A stretch of DNA of 47,661 nt, taken from contig NBNH01000442.1 in assembly GCA_004379115.1 (NCBI GenBank), positions 1-47,661 on the forward strand, written 5' to 3'. The notes below the pieces were generated by a model, which was not told the DNA's origin, did no database searches, and worked only from the letters and a program-made list of their open reading frames with translations. Source of the DNA: Actinomycetales bacterium mxb001. GTDB lineage: Bacteria; Actinomycetota; Actinomycetes; S36-B12. The translations under genes were made by a program, and so were the position numbers. Position 1 is the stretch's first letter; the number at the start of each line of letters is the position of its first letter. Of the stretch, positions 10,612 through 20,128 are shown in pieces.

Positions 10612-11358
10612 TCACCACGGTGAATGCAGAATCCCGCCATCGACGGGGACGAGCGCACCGGTGATGTAGGAAGCGGCGGGGGAGAGCAGGAATGCCGCCA
10701 CGCGACCAAACTCCGCGGGATCACCCAGCCGACCTAGGGGGATCGACTCCGCGACATTGCGATGAGCATCCGGGGCACCACCGGTGAGCGCAAGCATGCG
10801 ATCGGTTGCGATGCGCCCCGGCAAGATCCCGTTCACGCGAAGCCGCGGCGCCAAGTCGATCGACAGATCCTTGACGAGCATGGCCAGCCCTGGACGCAGG
10901 ACGTTGCTGGCACCGAGGGAGGGAATCGGTTCACGAACGGTCGTCGACAGGACCGCCAGCATGGATCCATTGCTGGCAAGGCGGGGTGCGAAGGCGCGGG
11001 CAAGGCGAACCGTTGCGAGGAGAACGCCATCGATCGCCTCCGCCCATTGGCTGTCGGTGTAGTCGAGGGCCGAGCCGGGAGCGGGACCACCCACGTTGAG
11101 GAGCAGCCCGTCAATCGCTCCGTAACGCTCTAGCGCGACGTCCACCAAGGACAGGGCGGCGCTGGGGTCCGACAGGTCGATAGTGCACGCGGATGCCTCG
11201 TCACCAAGAGCCTCGACTGCGTGCGAGAGCGCGCCTTCATCGCGCGCGGCAACGAGGACGCGGGCCCCTTCGCCGATGAGCGCCTGGGCCGTCGCGAAGC
11301 CGAGGCCCCGTGACCCAGCGGTGACGACGTAGGCACGCCCGGCTAAGCCGAGGTCCAC
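10612..11358 (-). CDS. SDR family oxidoreductase (atypical, BKR-like)
   Basis: TAGSRGLG, NVGGP, IPLGRLG, ASYITG..VPVDGG; GGAGG SD before GTG 11358. Confidence 0.88.
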   Translation of the reverse strand: MDLGLAGRAYVVTAGSRGLGFATAQALIGEGARVLVAARDEGALSHAVEALGDEASACTIDLSDPSAALSLVDVALERYGAIDGLLLNVGGPAPGSALDYTDSQWAEAIDGVLLATVRLARAFAPRLASNGSMLAVLSTTVREPIPSLGASNVLRPGLAMLVKDLSIDLAPRLRVNGILPGRIATDRMLALTGGAPDAHRNVAESIPLGRLGDPAEFGRVAAFLLSPAASYITGALVPVDGGILHSPW

Positions 11359-12095
11359 GGGGCATCCTCCCGCGACTGAGCGGCGGCCTGACGTTCGGCG
11401 TCGTCTCGCGCTTCGCGCCGCAGGAAGAAAAGCCATCCGGCGATGGCGACGGCAGCGAAGAGCAGCCACTGGATGGCGTACGAGATGTTGCGTCCCTCGT
11501 CGATAACGGGAACGGGCACGGGGGTGACGTCGGCATCAGCGGGAGACGACACGCGCATCTGGACGTAGAAGCCAGGCTGGCTTCCCGCGTCAAGCATCGT
11601 GGGGTCGAGTGCGGCCGCCTGTCCATCGGGCAGGTCCGTGGGTGCCGGTGACGGCGTGACCTCCGCAGTCCGGAGCCATCCGGCAACGGTGACGTCACCT
11701 GCGGGGGGTTCGGGAGCGGCCTGTGTCGCCGTCGCGCCTCCCTCGGCCGCGATCCAGCCGCGGTTGATCCACACCCGTGACCCGTCGGGCTGCCGCAGCG
11801 GGGTGGCCACCCAAAAGCCATTGCGGCCGTCGAGCGGCCTCTGCCGAATCAGGACGGTGCCGTCGGCCTCGAACGTGCCGACGAGGGTGACCGGACGCCA
11901 CTCCTGGCCGCTCTCGACAGCGATGGACCAGCTGGTGGGATCGGTCGACGTCTCCGTCTGCAACTCGACCCGGTCGGTACGCCGTTCCTCAGCGCGCGCC
12001 CACTGCCAGCGGCTGAGGAGTCCGAAGGCCACGATCGCTGCCAGGACGAGGGCGGTGAACGCGATCCAGCGGGGCGTCCTCAGCAATGACCACAC
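11343..12095 (-). CDS. SURF1 family protein
   Basis: N-terminal TM then WQW.R, NGFWVATPL, INRGW, C-terminal YAIQWLLF TM. Confidence 0.88.
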   Translation of the reverse strand: MWSLLRTPRWIAFTALVLAAIVAFGLLSRWQWARAEERRTDRVELQTETSTDPTSWSIAVESGQEWRPVTLVGTFEADGTVLIRQRPLDGRNGFWVATPLRQPDGSRVWINRGWIAAEGGATATQAAPEPPAGDVTVAGWLRTAEVTPSPAPTDLPDGQAAALDPTMLDAGSQPGFYVQMRVSSPADADVTPVPVPVIDEGRNISYAIQWLLFAAVAIAGWLFFLRREARDDAERQAAAQSREDAPWTSA

Positions 12096-12108
12096 GAGGA
12101 CACCGTAA

Positions 12109-12423
12109 TCACGTCGTCCGGTCTCCCGAACCGGGCGGCAGGGCCGTCATGGGAGGCAGGAAGGGGGCGGGACCGCTGGTCGCCCGACGACGTCGGCCCG
12201 CGTTGGCGGCCACGACGGCGAGGTAGGGAAGGGCCACCGCACCGGCCAGGAACACCCAGCGGGGCCAGCCGGGCACGAGGATCGCCAGGATCACGCAGGC
12301 GGTGCGGATGCTCATGGAAATGAGGTAGCGACGGGTCCGCGGCCCCTGCTCGTCGGTCAGGCTCTCGGGCGCCCCGGTGATCGAGTACACCTCGGGGCCG
12401 GGGGACCGGCTGTCGGTTGCCAC
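12109..12423 (-). CDS. DUF3099-like small membrane protein
   Basis: YSIT.A, RRYLISMSIR..C, LPYLAVVAAN; adjacent to SURF1 as is usual in actinobacteria. Confidence 0.82.
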   Translation of the reverse strand: MATDSRSPGPEVYSITGAPESLTDEQGPRTRRYLISMSIRTACVILAILVPGWPRWVFLAGAVALPYLAVVAANAGRRRRATSGPAPFLPPMTALPPGSGDRTT

Positions 12424-12476
12424 CCCTCAACCGTAGGCGGGAATCGCACATCCAGCGAGACGAGGATGGCCCCGGC

Positions 12477-13865
12477 CTAGAGGGCGTCGCTGATCGTGGA
12501 GAAGTGGAAGTCCTCGATCACGACCGCGGGCATGGCGACCCGGGCCGCGTAGTCGCCCATCTCGCGAGGCTGAGTGCGCTGCGTCACACCGGCATCGCTT
12601 ACGCGCCCGAGGATGCCCACCGGCGATTCGTTGAAGCGGAAGTTGCTGGCCGCACCGATGACCTCTCCATCACGGACGACGTACACGCCGTCTCGCGTCA
12701 GGCCGGTGAGAAGCAGGGTTTGCGGATCGACGAGCCGGGTGTACCACACGCACGTCACGAGCAGGGCGTCCTGCGTGCGCGTGAGGACATCGTCGAGTTC
12801 GCCCGTGCCAGCCGCGTCCTCCATGCGCAGGGTGTCGGATCCCGCGGCGAACGGCATGCCATCGCGCTGGGCGAGCCAGCGAGGACAGTGCAGATGGGTG
12901 AGCGTGCCGCGGTCGAGCCAGTCGACCGCGTCGCTACGCATACCGTTGTCGAAGACCGACGACATGTCCGACGACGCCGCCGTGGCCACGAAGGCCGCTG
13001 CCGGAATCTCGGGGTCATGGGGATCGCTTCGCAGCGTCAACGCCCGTTCGGCCAGTCGTTCGCCCACGCGAGTGCCACCGCCGGGGGCGCTGAAGACACT
13101 TCGGCCCTCGAGCGCTTCCCGCGCGCTCATGGACCACCACAGATCGACCATGAGGTCCCCGAAGGCGCCGGGGGTCAGGAGGGCGCGATGGCGACCGGGA
13201 CGGATATCGATGCGGCGGGATTGCCAGTCGAGCCCCCGTCGCAGGTCGCGCTCAGCAGGAGTGAGGTCGACGTCGTCGAAGTCGTCGGCGGCGAGGCCCC
13301 ACCAGGCTGAGCGGCTGCGCCCGTGCGACTTGGCCGTCATCTCCAGACGCGACGAGGGCTGCACGTGACGCCGCCGCAACCCCGTCGACGATGCGAGCCA
13401 TGTGGTGGTGAGGTCATGCTCGGCATAGCCGAAGAGCTCGACGCCATCGGCCACGCATGAGCGAAAGAGCGCACCCAAGGGCTCGGTCAGCGGTGAGAGG
13501 GCAGCACTGGAGGTGAGTGGAGCGGACTGGTCCCAATCGAGCACCCCTTCGGCTTCATCCACGATCAACGGCGTCGCGTCCTCCGCTGGCGTCGCGCTGT
13601 CGAGCGCCATGGAGACGGCTGCGACGAGGTCCTGCACGCCTTGCGCGTCAGGATGCGAGCGGCTCAGCGTCGCGGTGGCCACGCCCCCCGACACGCGGCG
13701 GAAGCCGATCACGGTGAGGTCGACCTGTCGCGTCTCACCGTTGGTCGTCAGGGTCGTGCGGGCCCACCGCACATCGGTCCGTGAGCGTGCGGTGACGATC
13801 GCCACCGCTCCGTCGAGTCCGCTGGCTGCCTGCAGCGCCCGCTCGGCCATCTCATGGGGGCGCAT
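12477..13865 (-). CDS. tldE: TldE/PmbA-like metalloprotease partner subunit
   Basis: LLLTGLTRDG, NFRFNESP, C-terminal DFHFS; no HExxxH; coupled to tldD. Confidence 0.82.
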   Translation of the reverse strand: MRPHEMAERALQAASGLDGAVAIVTARSRTDVRWARTTLTTNGETRQVDLTVIGFRRVSGGVATATLSRSHPDAQGVQDLVAAVSMALDSATPAEDATPLIVDEAEGVLDWDQSAPLTSSAALSPLTEPLGALFRSCVADGVELFGYAEHDLTTTWLASSTGLRRRHVQPSSRLEMTAKSHGRSRSAWWGLAADDFDDVDLTPAERDLRRGLDWQSRRIDIRPGRHRALLTPGAFGDLMVDLWWSMSAREALEGRSVFSAPGGGTRVGERLAERALTLRSDPHDPEIPAAAFVATAASSDMSSVFDNGMRSDAVDWLDRGTLTHLHCPRWLAQRDGMPFAAGSDTLRMEDAAGTGELDDVLTRTQDALLVTCVWYTRLVDPQTLLLTGLTRDGVYVVRDGEVIGAASNFRFNESPVGILGRVSDAGVTQRTQPREMGDYAARVAMPAVVIEDFHFSTISDAL

Positions 13866-15352
13866 CAGCGGCCCTCCTGCGCACTGTTGAGGACGTTGAT
13901 GTTGTCGAACACGGCGGCTGGACAGCCGTGCGACACCGCGGCCACCTGACCGGGTTGACCCTTGCCGCAGTTCAACGCGCCCCCGAGCAGGTAGGTATCA
14001 GGACCCCCGAGCGCGACCAGGGATCCCCAGAAGTCCGGGGTACGTGACTGATAGGCGACGTCCTTGACCTGGCCGACGAGTCGCCCACCTTTGATCCGAT
14101 GGAACCGTTGCCCGGTGAATTGGAAGTTGTAGCGCTGCATATCGATCGACCAGCTCTTGTCGCCGACGACGTAGATGCCATCAGAGACGCCCGCGATGAG
14201 TTGATCGATAGATCCGCCTTCCGGGTCGGGTTGCAGTGACACATTGGGCATGCGCTGGATCTGCACGTGCTCGGCGGAGTCGGCGTAGGCACAGCCGTTC
14301 GAGCGATCGAAGCCCATCTCGGCGGCCATCGCGCGATCAAGTTGGTATCCCACGAGAACGCCGTCTTTGACGATGTCCCATGTCTGCGCCGCCACGCCTT
14401 CGTCATCCCAGCCGACGGTGGAGAGGCCATAGGGCGCCTGGCGATCCCCGGTGACCTGCATCAGGGGGGATCCATATCGCATGGTGCCCAGGCCATCGGG
14501 AGTCGCGAACGACGTGCCCGCGTAGTTGGCCTCGTAGCCAAGGGCACGGTCGAGCTCGGTGGCGTGCCCCACCGATTCGTGGATCGTGAGCCACAGGTTG
14601 GTCGGATGGATCACCAGTGTGTATCGACCCGGGTCGACGCTTGGTGCTCGCAACTTCTCGTCGAGCAATTCGGGAAGATGCGCGATCTCCGTTGTCCAGT
14701 CCCAGCGTCGCGCTCCACCCGACTCCACACCGCCACCCAGGACGTACTCCCATCCACGGCCCACGGGGGGAGCTGTCGTCGCCATGGTCTCGAAGGCGCC
14801 CGTTCGGGAGTCGATGGCCGTGGCCGACCACTCGGCTTCGATGCGATGGCGGACCTGGGTGGTTCGAGTGCCCGCCGAGTCCGCGTAGTCGACCGATTCG
14901 CGGACCGCCAGGAGGCGTGCGTCCGCATGAGAGACCCTCGGATCGGCCAGCAGGACGGCGCTGCGTTCCTGCAGAAGGGCGATGCGATCGGCTTCGGGAA
15001 CCTCGAAGGGGTCGACGTCGAAGGGGGAGAGCCACGTGCCCATGTAGACAGGCTCGGGCGCCAACTCGACGTCGCGTGTCGTGAGCGCACGGCTCACGCG
15101 CGCCATCGCCACGGCTCGGTCGGCCAACGCAACGGCCTCATCGACCGAGACCGTGTCCGAGGCCGCGAAGCCCCAACAGCCGTCCACGACCACCCGCACG
15201 CCGATGCCTCGCTCTTCGACGTCAAGTGACGCTTCCATTCGGCCGTCTCGCATGCTCATGGCGCCGTTGCGGGTGGAGACCTGTCGCGCATCGGCATGGC
15301 CTGCCCCCAGGTCTACTGCCCGCTGCACCGCGGCGTCGAGGAAGGCGGTCAC
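13865..15352 (-). CDS. tldD: TldD metalloprotease
   Basis: GIGVRV..G.WGFA, HESVGH (HExxxH), WDDEG, RMPNV, NCGKGQ; start moved to GTG 15352. Confidence 0.9.
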   Translation of the reverse strand: MTAFLDAAVQRAVDLGAGHADARQVSTRNGAMSMRDGRMEASLDVEERGIGVRVVVDGCWGFAASDTVSVDEAVALADRAVAMARVSRALTTRDVELAPEPVYMGTWLSPFDVDPFEVPEADRIALLQERSAVLLADPRVSHADARLLAVRESVDYADSAGTRTTQVRHRIEAEWSATAIDSRTGAFETMATTAPPVGRGWEYVLGGGVESGGARRWDWTTEIAHLPELLDEKLRAPSVDPGRYTLVIHPTNLWLTIHESVGHATELDRALGYEANYAGTSFATPDGLGTMRYGSPLMQVTGDRQAPYGLSTVGWDDEGVAAQTWDIVKDGVLVGYQLDRAMAAEMGFDRSNGCAYADSAEHVQIQRMPNVSLQPDPEGGSIDQLIAGVSDGIYVVGDKSWSIDMQRYNFQFTGQRFHRIKGGRLVGQVKDVAYQSRTPDFWGSLVALGGPDTYLLGGALNCGKGQPGQVAAVSHGCPAAVFDNINVLNSAQEGR

Positions 15353-16017
15353 TCCGGGTCCGGCTCCACGATCGGCGGTGGCTTGAGGATGATGCTGATC
15401 GGAATCAGGAGTAGCAGGACGAAGTTGCCCAGGTAGAAGACGAAGTAACTTGCCACGGCCGCGAGTATGAAGACGCTGGTGTACGCCGATCCGCGCCATC
15501 GAGCGCGGGATTGCTGCATGGCATCCCAGTACGGGCGGTCTTTGGGGGCGATGAGCTCCGGATGCTTGGTCATGTGGCGTGCCGTGGCGGCCCCGATGAA
15601 CGAGATGTAAGCCAAGGTGAGCCAGTACATCATCGCTGGGCCCGTCATCTCGTTGGCTCGATCGGCGTCGGCGGCGAAGGGCGTGCCCTCGTACAGTCGG
15701 CTCGGCCAGGGGAGGAAGACGAAGCCGAGTAGCCACAGCATGATCAACCAGAAGAGGGCGCTGTCGTAGGCAATCAGGTGGTTGACGATGCGGTTGTGAA
15801 CACTCCACATGATGGCCACGACGATGAAGGTCAGGACGAACGTCTGTATCTGGCCCCAGTTGGCGGAGAGGACGTCGAGCATGGTCTGGCCCTGCTGCGG
15901 GCCCGCGATATCGACGAGTTGCAGCGCGAGCAGGGTGATGGCCACGGCCACGACGGCGTCGGAGAAGTTGATGAGCCGGTCCAGCGACCGACCAGAGCGA
16001 ACCGGACCCCAGGCCAT
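15349..16017 (-). CDS. TMEM175-family (DUF1211) potassium channel-like protein
   Basis: RLINFSDAVVAVAITLL (RxxxFSD motif), W..H in helix 2, LPWPS, about 6 TM helices; GGAGG SD. Confidence 0.85.
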   Translation of the reverse strand: MAWGPVRSGRSLDRLINFSDAVVAVAITLLALQLVDIAGPQQGQTMLDVLSANWGQIQTFVLTFIVVAIMWSVHNRIVNHLIAYDSALFWLIMLWLLGFVFLPWPSRLYEGTPFAADADRANEMTGPAMMYWLTLAYISFIGAATARHMTKHPELIAPKDRPYWDAMQQSRARWRGSAYTSVFILAAVASYFVFYLGNFVLLLLIPISIILKPPPIVEPDPE

Positions 16018-16094
16018 GGCGTGATCCTCCCATGCAGCACCCGTTGTGAGGCATGACTCTCGGAACCGCTAGCGTCGCCGACCAGGAGGTCGTG

Positions 16095-16799
16095 ATGGCA
16101 GGCGTGGCGCTGGTCACCGGTGGCAACCGGGGGATCGGTCTGGCGACGGCACGCGCCCTGAGAACGGCCGGCTTCACCGTCGTGATCGGCACGCGTGCTG
16201 GCGAATCTGTCGACGGGTTGCCCGCCGTCACGCTCGACGTGACCTCCACGGAGTCCGTCGACACGGCCTTTGACCGGGTCGAGGCCGATCATGGTCCCGT
16301 CGACGTGCTTGTCGCCAACGCTGGCATCACCCGCGACGGGCTCATCATGCGAATGCCCGATGGCGACATTGCCGACGTACTGGAGACCAACCTCGTGGGA
16401 GCGATCCGTTGCGCGCGACGGGCGTCGCGAGGCATGGTGCGCGCTCGACGCGGCCGCATCATCTTCGTGTCCAGCGTCGTCTGGGCAGTCGGGTCGGCCG
16501 GCCAGGTCAACTACGCCGCCGCCAAGGCCGGGCTCGTCGGCGCGGCTCGGTCGTTGGCGCGCGAGCTCGGACCTCGAGGGGTCACGGCCAACGTGGTGGC
16601 GCCCGGCTTCGTCGAGACGGACATGACAGCCGTTCTCGGCGCAGAGCGAACGACGGAGATCTTGCGTCAGGTACCGCTCGCTCGACTGGCGAAGCCCGAA
16701 GAGATCGCTGAGGTCATCGCCTTCCTCGCCGGCGATGCCGCGGCATACGTGACCGGTGCTGTGATCCCGGTCGACGGCGGACTCGGCATGGGCCACTGA
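16095..16799 (+). CDS. fabG: 3-oxoacyl-ACP reductase (FabG1/MabA type)
   Basis: TGGNRGIG, ANAGITRD, YAAAK, C-terminal PVDGGLGMGH; AGGAGG SD before ATG 16095. Confidence 0.93.
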   Translation: MAGVALVTGGNRGIGLATARALRTAGFTVVIGTRAGESVDGLPAVTLDVTSTESVDTAFDRVEADHGPVDVLVANAGITRDGLIMRMPDGDIADVLETNLVGAIRCARRASRGMVRARRGRIIFVSSVVWAVGSAGQVNYAAAKAGLVGAARSLARELGPRGVTANVVAPGFVETDMTAVLGAERTTEILRQVPLARLAKPEEIAEVIAFLAGDAAAYVTGAVIPVDGGLGMGH

Positions 16800-16809
16800 G
16801 AGGAGAGAC

Positions 16810-17577
16810 ATGGGCATTCTCGATGGCAAGAGCGTCCTGGTGACCGGAGTCCTGACGGATCAGTCGATTGCGTTCCACGTTGCGCGGCTGGCCCAGGAGC
16901 AGGGGGCGTCGGTCGTCCTCACCTCCTTCGGTCGAGCGCTGTCGCTCACTCGACGATCGTCGACACGGCTTCCCTCCGAGGCGCCGGTGATCGAGCTCGA
17001 TGTCACGTCGACCGACGACCTGGAGGCGCTGCCGGAGCGCGTGCGCGAGCATCTGCCGCGACTTGATGGCGTGGTGCACTCCATTGGTTTCGCGCCGGAG
17101 AGCGCCCTGGGTGGGCGCTTCTTGCACACTCCGTGGATCGATGTGGCGACCGCCGTGGAGGTATCGGCTTACTCGCTGAAGGCCCTCGCCGTCGCCTGCC
17201 GTCCGATGATGGGATCGGGATCGTCGGTCGTGGGCCTGGACTTCGACGCCACCGTTGCATGGCCCACCTACGACTGGATGGGCGTGGCCAAGGCGGCCCT
17301 CGAGTCGACGTCTCGCTACCTCGCCCGCGACTTGGGCCCGGAGGGCATCCGGGTCAACCTCGTCGCCGCCGGACCCATCCGCACGATGGCCGCCAAGAGC
17401 ATCCCGGGCTTCGAGGACTTCGAGCAGGTGTGGCAGCAGCGCGCACCCCTCGGGTGGGACCTCGACGATCCCGCTCCCGCAGCGCGGGCGGTTGTGGCTC
17501 TACTGTCGGATTGGTTCCCGGCGACGACCGGTGAGATCGTTCACGTGGACGGCGGCGTCCACTCGCAAGGCGCCTGA
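16810..17577 (+). CDS. fabI: Enoyl-ACP reductase FabI/InhA
   Basis: SIAF, VVHSIGFAP, YDWMGVAK, AGPIRT, TTGEIVHVDGG. Confidence 0.95.
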   Translation: MGILDGKSVLVTGVLTDQSIAFHVARLAQEQGASVVLTSFGRALSLTRRSSTRLPSEAPVIELDVTSTDDLEALPERVREHLPRLDGVVHSIGFAPESALGGRFLHTPWIDVATAVEVSAYSLKALAVACRPMMGSGSSVVGLDFDATVAWPTYDWMGVAKAALESTSRYLARDLGPEGIRVNLVAAGPIRTMAAKSIPGFEDFEQVWQQRAPLGWDLDDPAPAARAVVALLSDWFPATTGEIVHVDGGVHSQGA

Positions 17578-17578
17578 C

Positions 17579-18079
17579 GTGCGCCGGCTTGTGCTCCTGC
17601 GACACGCCAAGTCCGACTACCCGGCAGGTGTCGGTGATCATGATCGACCGCTGGCTGACCGAGGACGCCGGGATGCCCCCGCCGCAGGGGAGTGGATCGC
17701 CCGCCATGTCGGTGCCGTTGACGACGTCGTGGTCTCCAGCGCTGTCCGCGCCCAGCAGACCTGGGCGTTGGCTTCTCCGCACGTCACCGTGGTGGGTTCC
17801 GTCGTCACTGAGCCCCGCATCTACGAGGCCCCCGCGTCGACGCTGATCGGCATCGTCGAATCCCTGCCAGAGAACGCCGCAACGGTCCTTCTGGTGGGCC
17901 ACAACCCGGGCCTGGAGGATCTTGCTGCCGAGCTCGTCACCGACGGCGATCCCGATGCTCTCGGCCGGATGGCACTGAAGTACCCGACGTCGGCGGTCGC
18001 GGTACTCGAGGGCGATGGCCAGTGGGCGGATCTGCTTCGCGGCGCGCGCCTGACCTCTTTCGCCGTTCCGCGGGGCTAG
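17579..18079 (+). CDS. sixA: SixA-like histidine phosphatase
   Basis: LLRHAKS, DHDRPL, RAQQT, LVGHNP; start GTG 17579. Confidence 0.85.
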   Translation: MRRLVLLRHAKSDYPAGVGDHDRPLADRGRRDAPAAGEWIARHVGAVDDVVVSSAVRAQQTWALASPHVTVVGSVVTEPRIYEAPASTLIGIVESLPENAATVLLVGHNPGLEDLAAELVTDGDPDALGRMALKYPTSAVAVLEGDGQWADLLRGARLTSFAVPRG

Positions 18080-19269
18080 ATCGCGGACGGGTCCGCGGCG
18101 TCGGCCTCCTCGATCTCCTCGCGGGTGATGCCCAGGAGAAAGAGGACCGAGTCGAGATAGGGCACGCTCAACGAAGTGTCGGCAGCTGCGCGAACGGCGG
18201 GCTTGGCATTGAAGGCGACTCCGAGACCCGCTGCCTCGAGCATGTCGAGGTCGTTGGCTCCGTCGCCAATAGCCACCGTGCGAGACAGCGGAATATCGAA
18301 TTCGCTGGCGAACTCCTCCAGGGCGCGACGCTTGCCCGCGCGATCGATGATGGGGCCAACCACCCGGCCGGTGAGACGACCGTCGACGACCTCGAGTCGA
18401 TTGGCGCGGATGCGATCGACCTCGAGTTCGGCTGTCACCGGGACGACGACCTCCTCGAAGCCGCCTGACACCAGGCAGACATGGAACCCCAGTCGCTTGA
18501 GGGTGCGACAGAGCGTGCGTGCACCGGGCGTGAGCGTGACGGCATTCGCGACCTCGTCAAGAGCGGATGCCGGCAGGCCCTCAAGCGCAGCGACACGCTG
18601 GCGCAGCGATTCCGCGAAATCGATTTCCCCGCTCATGGCCTTCTCGGTGATGGCAGCGACCGCGTCGCCCTGCCCGGCTGCTGCTGCCAAGAGGTCGATG
18701 ACCTCGTCCTGGATCACGGTGGAATCGACGTCCATGACCACCAGTCGCTGTCCGCGTCGATCCAGTCCAGCGTGCTGAACGGCGACATCGACGCCCAGCG
18801 CTCGGGACTTCTCCGACAGGGCCCGGCGCAGGCCGCTGAGATCCTCGTCGCCGGACCCCTCGAAGACGACTGCCGTGACGGGATAGGACGCGATGCGCCG
18901 AATGCGGTCGATGTTCCAGCCGCGGGCCGCGAGTTCGCTGGTGAGGTCCGCGATGGCACCCGGAGGAAGGGGCCGGCCGATCACTGTGACGTGGATGCGG
19001 CCCCGCCGGGCAGCGACCGTTTCGCGGGCGCCGGGCAACGTCTCTACTTCCATGCCGACGCTCCCCGCGACCTCATGCACCACAGCGCGCACACTGCCGA
19101 TGTCAGACTCCTCGACACCCAGCAGGACCGCCAGGATGAGTCGACCCCGAACGACCAGCTGCTCCATGTCGAGGACGACGGACCGGGTGTGACGCAGGGC
19201 GTCGAAAAGGGCAGCGGTCACGCCGGGGCGGTCGCGTCCGCTGAGGATCGCCAGCAAGGTGCCGTCCAC
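18076..19269 (-). CDS. serB: Phosphoserine phosphatase with N-terminal ACT domains
   Basis: G.DRPGV ACT motif; MDVDST, VSGGF, GDGANDL HAD motifs. Confidence 0.95.
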   Translation of the reverse strand: MDGTLLAILSGRDRPGVTAALFDALRHTRSVVLDMEQLVVRGRLILAVLLGVEESDIGSVRAVVHEVAGSVGMEVETLPGARETVAARRGRIHVTVIGRPLPPGAIADLTSELAARGWNIDRIRRIASYPVTAVVFEGSGDEDLSGLRRALSEKSRALGVDVAVQHAGLDRRGQRLVVMDVDSTVIQDEVIDLLAAAAGQGDAVAAITEKAMSGEIDFAESLRQRVAALEGLPASALDEVANAVTLTPGARTLCRTLKRLGFHVCLVSGGFEEVVVPVTAELEVDRIRANRLEVVDGRLTGRVVGPIIDRAGKRRALEEFASEFDIPLSRTVAIGDGANDLDMLEAAGLGVAFNAKPAVRAAADTSLSVPYLDSVLFLLGITREEIEEADAADPSAI

Positions 19270-19339
19270 AATCCGACCCTACGGGCGTCCCCATGCCCAA
19301 GGTCACGCCAGGGTCACTCGCTCCGGATAGGTTGAGGAC

Positions 19340-20128
19340 GTGACGGACGAGGTCGTGCGAATGCGCGGGGTCAGCGTGCGTCGCGGGTCGTCGTGGATCC
19401 TCACCGACGTCGACTGGACTGTTCACGCCGATGAACGGTGGGTGCTTCTCGGACCCAATGGCGCAGGCAAGTCGACGTTGGTCGGAATCACCTCCACTCG
19501 ACTGCATCCGACACGCGGCTCCGTGACGATCCTCGGAGAGACCCTCGGCATGACCGACGTCTTCGACCTGCGGCCGCGCATCGGCCTGGTGGGAGCCGGG
19601 CTCGCCGAGAGCATCCCTGCCCGCGAGAAGGTGCGCGATGTGGTCGTCACGGCGTCCTGGGGCATCACCGGACGCTGGCGCGAGGACTATGCCGAGGCCG
19701 ACCTGCGTCGCGCGGAAAGCCTGCTGATGCTCATGGGCATCGCCGATCTGTCCGACCGCACCTTCGGGTCCCTGTCCGACGGTGAGCGCAAGCGCACCCA
19801 GATCGCCCGCTCCCTGATGAGCGACCCCGAACTGCTCCTCCTCGACGAGCCCGCCGCCGGATTGGACCTGGGCGGACGCGAGGCACTGGTGCAGCGACTC
19901 ACCACCATGGCCGCGGCGCCCTCTGCTCCGACGACCATCCTCGTGACGCATCACGTCGAAGAGATTCCCGCCGGAACGACTCATGCCATGTTGCTGCGTG
20001 ATGGTCGCGTCGTCGCCCAAGGAAGCATCGACGCTGTCTTGGTCGACACATACCTGTCGGCGGCCTACGGCCTGTCCATCGCTGTCGAACGCCGGGAGGG
20101 TCGTTGGCTCGCGCGCGCTCGGACGTAG
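19340..20128 (+). CDS. ABC ATP-binding protein (no adjacent permease)
   Basis: GPNGAGKST, LSDGERKR, LLDEPAAGLD, VTHHVEEIP. Confidence 0.9.
   Translation: MTDEVVRMRGVSVRRGSSWILTDVDWTVHADERWVLLGPNGAGKSTLVGITSTRLHPTRGSVTILGETLGMTDVFDLRPRIGLVGAGLAESIPAREKVRDVVVTASWGITGRWREDYAEADLRRAESLLMLMGIADLSDRTFGSLSDGERKRTQIARSLMSDPELLLLDEPAAGLDLGGREALVQRLTTMAAAPSAPTTILVTHHVEEIPAGTTHAMLLRDGRVVAQGSIDAVLVDTYLSAAYGLSIAVERREGRWLARART

Noticed and set aside
12477-15352. RiPP biosynthetic cluster around tldD/tldE
   Set aside because: No precursor peptide, YcaO, radical SAM or dedicated exporter adjacent
13865-16264. 799-aa ORF suggesting a long N-terminally extended TldD
   Set aside because: The first ~300 aa are a low-complexity Arg/Pro-rich alternative frame over TMEM175 and fabG; TldD similarity starts at GTG 15352
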